Assembly: GCA_013239625.1 (NCBI GenBank)
Contig: MU054117.1
Location: 124,001-186,000, forward strand
From: Lama guanicoe
Lineage: Eukaryota
Length of the DNA stretch: 62,000 nucleotides
Direction of reading: 5' to 3'
Shown here: in pieces, positions 12,865 through 24,500 of the stretch
Layout of the letters: each line of letters begins with the position of its first letter
How positions within the stretch are numbered: position 1 is the stretch's first letter
The notes under the pieces: model-generated
Databases searched by the model: none
Seen by the model: only the letters and a program-made list of their open reading frames with translations
What the model was told of the DNA's origin: nothing
Made by a program: the position numbers and the translations under genes

Positions 12865-15635
12865 AAAAATCCTTACCCTGAGGGCACTTACATTATGGCA
12901 AAGGGCACCTCCCACTTCCTCTCACAGCCAATTTCCTAGCACCATGTTCTGTATGAATAGCACACTTCTTCCCCAGAGTGTTCCTTAAATGACTCTTCTT
13001 TTTCTCAAACACTGAACGAGGGGTTTCTTGTTCACTGGATATTGAAATAGTGGTCCCTACCGCCCCCTACCTCCACTCTCCAGCATCATAACCAGTCATG
13101 GTGCAGCTAAGGTACAGGGAGGCCTGAGGGGCTGGGGAGGTCACTCATACCTGGAATCTGGCCTTGCCTGTCAGATTATTTCCCATCTTTCCTAGGGATG
13201 GTATCTGTCTACCTGGAGTTGCTTTACATCCTCTTCCCCCAATTGTTTCTGGGGGTTTGTTTCAGAGAGGTTTTTGTATTCAGTTTATTTTAGCTGGTCA
13301 GTTTCTTATTTTTTTCAGCTGGAGTCTGGTTCAGGCCTCATGCATATAAGGGAAGGTTAATAGAATGTTTTTGTCTGACTTCAGATCAGATTCAGTTACC
13401 TGGAGATAAATGACTTCCTTTTGATTCGCAGAAAGGAGGAGGGAAGATGTCAGAAGACTGCCTTCCACAACGGACAACGCACTTACGGGGCTTAGAGTGG
13501 GTGTGTTCATCTTGGGTTCGTGAGGTCTCTTGAATAAAGGTTTTTGACTCTGACGTTGCTATCGCTTTCCTGACATGAGAGCTGGAGGCAGAGTCCCTGC
13601 CAGCACTGTTGTCCTCCCCGTCATTGTCCCCAGTCTTTATGGAGCACGTCTGTGTGTCTGGCACCGTAAGAAGCATTTACCTCTGCTCTAGCCTCCCCTG
13701 AAGCCAGGAAAGGAAACACGTGTTAAGAAACTCCCCTAGTGTCACTTGGAGAGGGAGGGGACAGAGCTGGAGTTCCCTGAGGTTCCCTGTGTCTCTCATG
13801 CCTCACACGGGTGACTCCTCTGCTTTCAGGTGCCCTGCCTGGACTGTGCTCCTTGGCCACACAAGACCTGCCCGCTTGTGTGTGGGCTTCTCTCTGCAGC
13901 TCCTTCACCGCAGGGTTAAATTGGGAAGGCTCAGGGGTTTTTTCAGCATGTGGTTGATTGGTTGCTGAGCCTCTTCTTCATGCTTAATTTTTTTCCTCTT
14001 TCTGCTCCCATTTCTCCTTCCCTTCCCCCTAGATGTACCCAGGTGGGCTTAGTTCTGCCTCCTCAACTCCTGAACTGTGCAGACTTTAAAATGCTAGGAG
14101 TGTAGGATGTGGTGGGAGACTTGGGAGGGGGCTGCCTTTGCCTGTCACAGCTGGCCACTGACTACAGAGGTTTCTCGTCTGGAGCTGGGCCTTCCTTGGT
14201 GGTGCCCCAAGGAAGTGAAAATACATGGTTGTCAACAGGATCTGGAGAGAGGTGAACAGGGTGCTGGGGAGGCCGGGGGCCCCCAACTCTGTTTCAGAGT
14301 GTTGGGGGCTGGCTACTAACAGCAGGTCTAACCACTTAGCTAGTCCAGTCCTGTCTTTTTACAAAAAAGGAATCTGAATCCTTGCCCACACAAGTGCTGT
14401 ATCCAAGGTGGTGTGGTCCAAGGAGCTATCGGGTTAGGGCTGGAGTTCTGTCCACCCTCTAGTCAGCTCCACCCAGCTCTCATGTTGGATCACGCCAGTG
14501 TCGTTCCAGTGATTTGACTCTGCAGGGCACTTTTAGCTAGTATAAAAATGTTGAATCTCTAGAGGCAAATTAGAAGATTGCTGTCTTATTTTCCCATAAC
14601 AGGAAAATGTTTGACCTTGTGGCAATCTTGAACCATGGCTTTCATGTCTCAAAAGTCACGTTTCTGATGTTTGACTTTGAACAAGTCCACGGTTTCTTTG
14701 TTGTGCTTTGAGTTTTCCTTTTCTTGGAAGGTAATAAACACCAGGCACAGACAGTGGAGCACTGACCTGAAAGGAGGAGTGTCATCAAGGGCCCGTCTGG
14801 CGTCTCGGACCCTTTTAAGAGGAAGGAGTTGTGTTTTTGTAGTACTTCACAGTTTGTGAAGCATTTCCCACACACTGCCACATTTGATTTGCAGGAGGAA
14901 GGGAGGCAGAGCTCTGTTGTCATTTCCGTTTTGTAGATGTAGATGGAGTGAGAGAGGTTCTGTAGCTTATGAACTGAGCCCTGATTCACATCCCTGTCCT
15001 GACCGTGAACTCAGCGCTCCTGCCCCTCACCCGCCTTCCCACAAAGTGTGCACCCTGAGGGTGGTAAGAGTGGCCTTTCCTTGGGTCTGGATGTTCTCTC
15101 TGTCTACTGAGGAGCTTACTAGGCACGGCAGTGCCGCTTGGTCTGAGGCAGCGGAGGGAGTGGCCTGCTGGGATGTTGGGCCACATCACCCGACGGCACT
15201 GTCGGAGACTGCTGTTCGGCCCTTCTCCTGGGAGCCCTGGGTTAGGAGGCCAACATAGGGTGGGGCTGGCAGTGGGTTTCCTTTCCTGTTCATTATGGGA
15301 TGGCAAGTATTTAAAAATGTCTCATGAAACATTTTTTGGCTGGTGGCTGGGTGTGTGCTCAAGTTCATGGCCGTAAACCTCGGAGCATCACCAAGTAGAT
15401 GAGTGGTGGAGGCTGCCTTCTGCAGGGTGTTTATCGTGGGTGTTGCCCTTCACTAGGTCAACATACTGAAGTTGCTCCTTACCTCAAACTTACTCTCAGA
15501 CCCCTCAGGGAGCTCAAGAAAACTGTCTCCTAACTCCTGGCAATTAAGTGGTGATACAGTGTAGGGATATTTCTACCTTTTTTTTAAACCCAGACAACTA
15601 TTCCCTGAATGACCTGTTCATGCTTCTCCTTTGCC

Positions 15636-15639
<4 letters not shown>

Positions 15640-15725
<86 letters not shown>

Positions 15726-15742
15726 CTTTCTTTTTTTTTTTT
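15640..15742. repeat. Poly-T tract (T86 C T3 C T12)
   Basis: Counted directly from the sequence. Confidence 0.97.
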
Positions 15743-15874
15743 CTGAAATACTGTTTTCTCTCTTCTGGACACTGCATCTCACACTTCTCCAATTCTACTC
15801 AATCCTCTCAATCTAAAGGCTGGTTCTCATTCATTGCTTGACCCCTGCAGTACTTCCCTCCTGGCTGATGGGCG

Positions 15875-15980
15875 CTTGCTAGAGATGTGGTGTGTCAGGC
15901 CCTACCCAGACCTGTGGCATCTGAATCTGCATTGTAACCGGGTTCCCAGGTGATTTGCATGTGCACAGAGAAGCACTTGC
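15875..15980. mobile_element. MER5A-like hAT MITE fragment
   Basis: caggccctacccagacctgtggcatctgaatctgcattgtaaccgggttcccaggtgatttgcatgtgcac. Confidence 0.65.
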
Positions 15981-16269
15981 TCCTGGGTCATGTTGTATTT
16001 ATTTATTTATCATCCTTTCTCATGAGTTAGCTGGTTCACTGTTTCTTCTTCCCCTTTACAAACTTGTCTTTTTTCCCCTCCTTTTTGATCTATGCAGTAC
16101 CTAACACAACCTTGGTGCAGAGCAGGCACTAATCAGTATCTGTAGGGTGACTGGTAGTCACCATTTATTTAAGAAGTTATCAGGGCATGTAGGGAATTGT
16201 ATGAGAGATGTGACATGCATGCTAATAAAAATTTACTGCTAAGAGAGCAAGGCAGTTAAGAGGGGACAC

Positions 16270-16545
16270 AGTAAATTTGAGTCCACCAGCTCAGGCGTCT
16301 GTGGAAAGGGTTTAGGCACTGGAAACAGCCAGCCCTCAGTAGATAAATTCTCCCAGCCCTTCACTGTGTGTGTGTGTGTGAACTGTGGGGGAGTTGATTA
16401 TCCTCTTGAACCTTAATTTAATGGTCCGCTGTCTGAAATGGGGGTGACATCATAATTCACGATGTTGTTCTAAAGATAAAATAAGATAACGTAGGTAAAG
16501 CATGTACCAGTGTTCAGCACATAAGTACTCAGTAAGTGATAGCTG
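16270..16545 (+). mobile_element. MIR SINE with internal (TG)8
   Basis: aattctcccagcccttcactgtgtg...gtctgaaatgggggtgaca...gttgttctaaagataaaataagataacgtaggtaaagca...ataagtactcagtaagtgatagct. Confidence 0.7.
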
Positions 16546-18560
16546 GATGGTACAAAATGAATGCAGTCATGAACTCAACAATAGATAGAATTTAAGTTAC
16601 TTCAGTTGGATTCTTGTTCATCTTTGAAATATCTACTGCTTTATGAAAGGGATGAAATAGAGACATTTTCTGAGGTTTATAGTTCATCTGCCCCCTTGTC
16701 TCATGATTTCCAGGATGGGCCCTAAGCTCTAGGGCACAAGGTCCCTGTCTTCTGTATTCTGTGTACCCAAGAATGCTAGCCTTAGGCAGGGTGCCTGGTA
16801 TCATGTGCTGCTTGGCTGATGTGGGAGGGGCAGGACACGGCTGCCTTGGAACACTGTCCCCGCCCATCGCCCCTCTGACCCAGTGTTTACGCTGCTGCAC
16901 AGGACTACTGAAAGGTGGAGTCTGACCTATAGAACTGTCCAGGGAGCTCTCAGAAATGCAGCCAGAATGTCTGCAAGGTTGTGGCAACAGAGTGGATAGG
17001 TCCTCCCTGTGAAGTTCTTGTACTTCCTTGGGACAGGGAAGGGGAGTGGGGACTTGTCAGATTACAAAATGATTTCTTCAGCGGCCGGCTGTGGGAGGTG
17101 AGGTGGATGGTACTGGCATTGGGTAGGTCAGCTTTGGGGCTTGCTAAGATATTGTGCCTTTACTTTGTTGGAGGCTTGAGAACCTGGAAACCTGGAGTTG
17201 ATGTCCTGGATGACTGTCTGCTGGTAAACACGTGCTGTCTGTCCGTGGAAGGCAGGGTGTACATTTATGGGTGAATTCACAGGTGTTTAAAGCTCTTTGA
17301 AAATGAAAATCGTTAAATTTATCAGCTGAGCTATCATTTCCTTTACTCTTGATTTAAAATAAAATAGAAAGTATACCTTGTTTTATGCATTGGATCTTTT
17401 TCACCTGCTATGTTTGAATCTTGTTATAAGTCATGTTAAAAAATGTTTAACTCTCGAGGGGATTGAGACTTCTTCCTGTACTTACAGTTTTACAATGACA
17501 AGTCAGTGGGAACTAGAATTGGCAGAATTCACTTTTCAATTGTGTAACAGCTGCATGTATAAAATACTGTGAGGTTTAGTGAAAGGAGGGCATAGCTTGG
17601 AGTTTAGAGTGAGACAGGTATCTGAGTGTTTTCCTCTTTCCTTAAAGGATCTCTTCCCTCTGAATGTCCTGCTTTGTGAAGGGAGAGGTCTGGTCGTCTC
17701 GTTGGGGTTGGAGCTGTGCGGCTGGGCAGCCTTGGTCTCTTCAGGTTGGGTGGCTGTCTTGGCTGGCTCAGCCCGGCTGACAGGGACGTGGCTGCAAGGT
17801 TAGTGTGTGCTGGAGCCGTGGCTGGCCTGTAAGAACCAGGTGGGCAGGTGCACTGGCCCAGCCACGTGGCACAGAGCTGTGCTCTGATCCTGGATGGAGG
17901 ACGGACAGCTTCATACAATTTTCTCTTCTCAAGTTACACTCCTACTTTCTTCATGACTTAAAAAATTTCTTCCCTCCCCATTTCCCCTCTGAGCGCCTCA
18001 GTCCATGTGCTTTAAGGTCTGAAGTGTGGTGGTGTGGTGTCAGGGCTCTTACAGCCCCACTTTCCTGCTTGGTGTGAGGGTCCTGGGCTCTTGCAGAGCT
18101 GTTTTCTGGAGAGCAGAGGGAGGGGCAGTCCCCTGGGAAGAGGGCAGGTAGGACCAGAGACTAAAAATAGGCAGCTTCTAAGAATCAGCCTTCTGCTCCC
18201 TCAGGTCAGATGTCCTCCTCTGATAACTGGGTTCCACGTATAGTGTGTTTTTGGAGCAAAGAAGAGAAAATAAATCAACTCTCATTAAAAGGAAGAAAGA
18301 AACATCACCACATAATATACACTTTTAGTATATGTTCCACATAAGAGAAACTTTCCCAAACTGCCTGGTGGTTTTGGATGTGTGTCCCCTGGTAATTTGG
18401 GGTTGTGTGTATGTGTGTGTTTGTGAATGTATGTGTGCATGTGTGTGGCACTAGGTTAGTTCCATGCTTCAGGTGCTGAGATATTCTGGGACTGTGGGTA
18501 GGTGTTCTCATAGAGGCTCTTCCTGAGAGATCCTTGACACGTATCAAAAAGGATGTGTCC

Positions 18561-18796
18561 TCTGTTTGTGGGAGTGTAAACTGGTACAGCCACTGTGGAC
18601 AACAGTATGGAGATTCTTTAAAAAACTAAAAGTAAACTTACTGTATGATCCAGCAGTCCCACTCCTGGGCATGTATCCAGAGGAAAGTCTAATTTAAAAA
18701 AGATACATGCACCCCAATGTTCACAGAAACACTGTTTACAATAGCCAAGACATAGAAGCAACTTAAGTGTCCATTGACAGATGGCTAGATAAAGAC

Positions 18797-18834
<38 letters not shown>

Positions 18835-19286
18835 GAACACTACTCAGTGATGAAAAAGAATGAAATAATGCCATTTGCAGCAACATGGATGGGCCTAGAG
18901 ATTATCTCCCTAAGTGAATTAAGTCAGAGAGAGACAAATCTCATATGATATCACTTATATGTGGAATCTAAAATATGATACAGATGAACTTATTTACAAA
19001 ACAGAAGGAGACTCACAGACATAGAAAACACACTTATGGTTAACAGAGGGGAAGGGGAGAGGGGTAAATTAGGAGCTTGGGATTTGCAGATACAGATTAC
19101 TATAAATAAGATAAACAACAAGGTCCTACTGTATCATACAGGGAACTATACTTAATATCTTGTAATAAACCATAATGGGAAAGAATATGAAAAAGAATAG
19201 ATACATGTTTGTTGAACAGAATCAGTTTGCTGTATACCAGAAACTAATACAACATTGTAAATCAGCTAGTCTTCAAATTAACAAAA
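18561..19286 (+). mobile_element. 5'-truncated L1 (ORF2 end plus 3'UTR) with TSD
   Basis: gggagtgtaaactggtacagccactgtgg...tatgatccagcagtcccactcctgggc...atgccatttgcagcaacatggatg...; A-tail; TSD aaaaaggatgtgtcc (18546-18560) / aaagaggatgtgtcc (19287-19301). Confidence 0.93.
18799..18832. repeat. (GT)17 microsatellite inside L1
   Basis: Perfect dinucleotide run. Confidence 0.95.
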
Positions 19287-20946
19287 AAAGAGGATGTGTC
19301 CCATTTACAAGGCAACTCTCCTGACATCAAAATGGAAGAAACTCCCCTAGGTCTTGTTTGTACAGTAAGCACTCAGCCTGGACCACTGTCTCACACAGGA
19401 GGCGAACCAGCCAGGGGGCTGAGGGTCAGGAAGCAAGCAGTGCCAGCTCTTCTAATACGATGTACGGGCTGCTTCATTCCCCGTTTTTCTGTTCTTTTAA
19501 AAAACAGGCATCCCCCGCAAACACATGCAGAGGGAAGTCTTCCCTGGACTTCCAGACCATGAGGCAGATGGAAGGGAGCTACTGTGATTAAAGCTGGTGC
19601 GCATCCCCTCTGCACTGCCCAGGGTGGCAGGAGGGGCCTCCAGGGAGAAGACAGGGCACTGAGGTGCTGCCTGCTGTGGGTCCTTCTGCCTGCTCCCCTC
19701 CTCCTTGTGTTTAGAACCTTGTTTTTATCAGAGAGGACTTTCTGTCTAGCTTTCAGACTAGATTTTGGACGACTTAAGGAGTTACTGCTTGTGTTATGGA
19801 TCGTCTGGACTGGTTTCTTCTGTCCTTTCCTGTAACCTGAGGACATGGCTATGCTCTTTTGTGAACTGCCCCGGCCCGGGTCCTGCCCTGACGGGGCTTG
19901 TGGCTAGACCTCCCGTGGACTGAGTGACAGTGAGGTGCTGTATGCTCCGTGGCCTTTATGGCCTTTATGACGCATGTCACTCCGTGGTCTTGGTCTGCAG
20001 GCTAAGTACAGCCTTTCGTTTCTTCCCTTCTTTCTCCCACCTCTGGGCAGAGGAGAAACTTGGTCTGTGGTGGAGTGGGCTGGGCTAGAGAGGCATTCTT
20101 GCTTGGATGGGGAGCACGTGGTGGCGTTGGGGCACTGATGCTGCCGGCTGGCTTGTGTGGAGGGCCTGCTGCTCTCTCAGAGCCCCTCTTTCCCCCGGGC
20201 ATTGAGGTCCACAGTGCCTTTCTATGTCTGAGTCTCAAGGAGTAGCTCCTCTGGTGGAGAAGAGCCATTTCCCGTGCTAATCCTGCTGCTGTTCTATTTG
20301 GGGAACCTGTGGGGGTGCGAATGATTGAGGCTCCCTTTCCTGTCACAGGTCCCTGTTCTGCTCAGGAGCTCCGGCAGGTGTTGGCACTGTGTGCTGCAGG
20401 GTGAGCCCCTGGAGCCCAGGTGTCCTCTCTGAGAGCAGGTTTTCCTGTACAGCTGTGGGTGAGGGAAGGCGGACCATGGGCCCTGGGTGGCTTTATGATG
20501 TAGGCTGTCAGCCCGAGTCTCCTCACCCCAGTTCAGGCCCAGCTGAACCAGGCACGCAGCGCACAGACTTGCACCAGGGAGACTGCTCCTGGGGAAGGGT
20601 GGGGGCCAAGGTGGCAGCCTGCGAGAAGGCCAGGTGCAGTCGGGCCTGGAGTTAGTGTCAGGGCATACACTGACAGGCTTAATCTTAATTTTACATCAAG
20701 TCGTACTGTTAAAAGAAACAAATAGTCCCATTGCTCCTGAGTGAGACGTTTATCATTTATAGGAACTTCTAAGAGCTCAGAGGGCGATAGTGATATTATC
20801 AAGTAAACAGAACAGTGGTTTCTCGTAACTGCTCCCCTCCCATCAACATGGCTGCCCCATCCTCACACGGCTGCTTGAGGACCCAGCCACCTATGTTTCT
20901 CTTAACATGTTAGGTTGCACCCCGTTTTTCTAAAAGATGCATATTT

Positions 20947-21571
20947 ATTTACTTATTTTAACATTTTTTATTGATTTATAATCATTTTACAATGTTGTGT
21001 CAAATTACAGTGTAGAGCACAATTTTTCAGTTATATATTCATTATCACATTTTTTCTCTGTGAGCTACCATAAGATCTTGTATATATTTCCCTGTGCTAT
21101 ACAGTATAATCTTGTTTATCTATTCTACAATTTTGAAATCCCAGTCTATCCCTTCCCACCCCCCGTCCCCTTGGCAACCACAAGTTTGTATTCTATGTCT
21201 ATGAGTCTATTTCTGTTTTGTATTTATGCTTTCTTTGTTTGTTTGTTTTTTTAGATTCCACATATGAGCAATCTCATACGGTATTTTTCTTTCTCTTTCT
21301 GGCTTACTTCGCTTAGAATGGCATTCTCCAGGAGCATCCATGTTGCTGCAAATGGCGTTATGTTGTCGATTTTTATGGCTGAATAGTATTCCATTGTATA
21401 AATATACCACATCTTCTTTATCCAGTCATCTGTTGATGGACATTTAGGCTGTTTCCATGTCTTGGCTATTGTAAATAGTGCTGCTATGAACATTGGGGTG
21501 CAGGTGTCATTTTGAAGTAGGGTTCCTTCTGGATATATGCCCAGGAGTGGGATTCCTGGGTCATATGGTAA
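20947..21571 (-). mobile_element. Young 5'-truncated L1 (camelid-type 3'UTR) with intact ORF2 C-terminus and TSD
   Basis: Minus ORF 21251-21601 encodes LPYDPGIPLLGIYP...CTPMFIAALFTIAKTWKQPKCPSTDDWIKKMWYIYTMEYYSAIK...FAATWM.LE..ILSEVSQ (L1 ORF2p C-terminus); TSD aaaagatgcatattt (20932-20946) / aaaagatgaattttt (21572-21586). Confidence 0.95.
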
Positions 21572-24500
21572 AAAAGATGAATTTTTAAATGTCTGCTCCA
21601 TGCTTTCTTGGCTAGCTGTACATGCACTGGTGTAGTGCCGACCTCCTGAAGCCTGCTCCCTTCAGTCTTTAATCAGAGCTGAGTGCTTGTCCTCCTTGCT
21701 GCCTGGCTGTGCCCAGAGTCTTGGCTGGTCGAGTCCCAGGAGAGCTTGCCCAGACTGTTGCTGGGATGAACTTTACATGGAATGTTGCCCTCATGCCATT
21801 CGTGGAGCGGAGGCTGGGTTGGCCCGCTCTCCCTGCCCCGACCTGATTGTTCCGGACTTAATGTAATAATTTGCCTGAACAGGCGGATAGACCACATTAG
21901 CTTGGCTCTGCAGTTGTAAACAATATTTGCTCTGTGAGTTTGCTCCTTCACCCCCTACTCTCTCGGAACCCTGCGCCCTCTGCCACCCCCTCTCTCCTTG
22001 CATATTCTAACCTTGGCTAAACAGCTTCATTCATAAGATGGTCCGTGTTTTCTGGGATGAAAATGGACTGAAAATAACCAAGAGCCTCTAGCTGTGATGC
22101 ACAAGTAAAAACTATTCAGTTGCTGGGTAGAGATTTTAATAAGTGTATTTTCTTTTTATTTTCCTTTTATTCCCCATCCCTTCACTACTTTGGAACCACA
22201 TTTGAACACACACACACATACACTCAGATTAAACTCTCTTTCTTTGGCAGGGGGCCCTGGGAAGATTCCATTCAGAGCCTCACAGAACAAAGGCTTCCAC
22301 TGTCAGTCAGTCTTGGCACAGGTATAGGGTCCTGGATGGTCTGTCGCTAACACCTAGGGAATTTGTGGGGTTATTTTTTCCATAGAAAAGTGTTTTCCCT
22401 GCTTCTCACTATCTTCTATAGTTTAACAAAAACAGGGTGAAAGAAAACCCTGCCTCACACCTGCACTGCGCTTTGCAGTTTGACAATCGCAGTGATTGGT
22501 TTCGTAGGCAAAACCTGCTCCACCTCCTCTGCATTGATTGGTGGCTGGTGATGTCATGGCATAACACTCAAACTGTTTCCTCTGCGGGACAGGCCTCTTG
22601 CGGCCTCTAGTTCATGCTGTCAGGGGGATAGAAAAAGATGGGAACAGAGCCGTGGCTGCAGACAGCTTTGATTTATTCATAAAGCTCCATCCAGGCACCT
22701 AGAATGGGGAGAATTCTCTTACAGGGAAAGAGCTTTTGTTTTTCACGAGAGCGCGTGGTCCTTTTTGCCCTGAAGGGTCTCTGTTCTTCCCGCCTTAATC
22801 GTCTCTGTTAAGGGAAGGATAGAAGCATTTCAAAGAAACCACATTCTAGTGGCCCAAGAAAGGGTAGGAAGAGGAGTTAATTTCAAGAAAATAAAAAATA
22901 ATTGGAGAAATCTGATTTGGTTACTCACAGAGCTTGGAAACTCTTGCTGTCAGCATGCTTTCATCATAGAGGTAAAGTTTAGCTGTAGAGTCACAACTCA
23001 AATATGTGAATTAAGGGAATGGTATGGCCTTCAGAGTTTTGCCTTTGATCTAAAGAGCCCAGAGAGCAGAAGCTACCTGTAAGCTTACTCTGGAGTGGGC
23101 TTGATGAGGTCTACTGTCTCCTTGAACCTTCTGGGCCTGCTGTGGTGCAGGCACAACAGTTGGGCCCCTCGGGTTCCAGCAGAGCAGGCCTGGCCTGGCC
23201 TCAGTGTTGTAGGGTAGGACCCCTCAGACTTGAACCCCTCAGGACTGCCTTGGTTGGCACTGTGGGTTGAACTCACTTTGTCCCACCCAGGAGAATTCTA
23301 GGACACTTGTCATTTCTAGCTGCTCAGATCATCTGGAGGCCTGATGGAGAGGCCAGGCTCCCCCAGGCGTTTCTGCAGCAGATGGCACCAGTGAGTGGAG
23401 CATCTAAAGGAAACACTCTTTTTCATCAGGGGTCCGTCTGTTTTCAGACTTGGTGGGGCCTCTGAGCATCTGAAAGTCTGTCTCATTTTCATATGATCAG
23501 GGCTGAAGGACCCCAAAAGTTACCTTGGGACACATTTCTTTTAACCCACCTTTGGTTCCTCAGGCTCATGGTCATACATAGATTAGCACTGACCTTAATG
23601 ACCATTTCCAAAAAGCTTGACCAGAAAAGGCACACCACTCCGGTAAGTGGAGGAGGTGAGCTATGTGTGACAGGAGGCGTTGTTGGTGGGACAGAGAGCT
23701 GGACAGGCATCTCTTCCAGCCCACAGAGCTGTCCTTGGTGGGGCACTCGGGGCTTCGATTTGTCGGGTGAAAGGAAGCTCCAGCTGGCCTGGCAGCCACA
23801 GTCACTCATGTATGGTCTACCTTCACCCACTTGGACTGTGCTTAATTTTGTGCTTCCCTGCAAACATGCAATCACTGGACTATCTTTAGACATGCTGTGG
23901 TGTAACCTCACCCCAGGAGAGACAGAACATTACAGCTGGTTTACATTTTCTAGATGAAATATACACACAGAGATTACGCACGTCATTGCTGTGAGCTTGA
24001 TGGAGCACGACTCACTTCTTTTGTTATTGTTGTTTTAAGGTTAGGGTAGGAGAGGTGGCCAGCCAGGTGGCCACATGTGTGTAGAGAGAAAGGTCCTCTG
24101 AAGGTAGACTGAACTCTGATTACTCAGCCAGCATGTGCTGCCTTCCCAGGTTCGCCTCCTGTCTCCCTCTCTCTGCCGTGGTAACACGTTACAGTCACTA
24201 TGTGGGGAGTGACACACCCCGGCCACCACAGAGGTTCTGATTGATCTGGGGTAGGCCTGAACATTGGTATGCTTTTTCAGATGCCTTGATGATTCTCGTA
24301 AACAAGTAGCTAATAGAGTGTAGTAACATGTTTTCCTTCTTATCCCTCTCTTAGTTCACATGCCCCCAAAGAGGCACAGGTGAAGCCCATGGCAACTCCT
24401 TCCCATCATGGAAGTTTATGTTCTTTAAGTGGAGAATTGCCTAATTTTTATGAATGGTGACAACCATTGTGGCACCTGAAGCTCCACTTATCTATGTTTT

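Noticed and set aside
15548..15841. Poly-Phe / poly-Lys ORFs
   Set aside because: Translation artefacts of the poly-T tract
21251..21601. 116-aa minus-strand protein-coding gene
   Set aside because: It is the C-terminus of L1 ORF2p in a truncated insertion with no promoter
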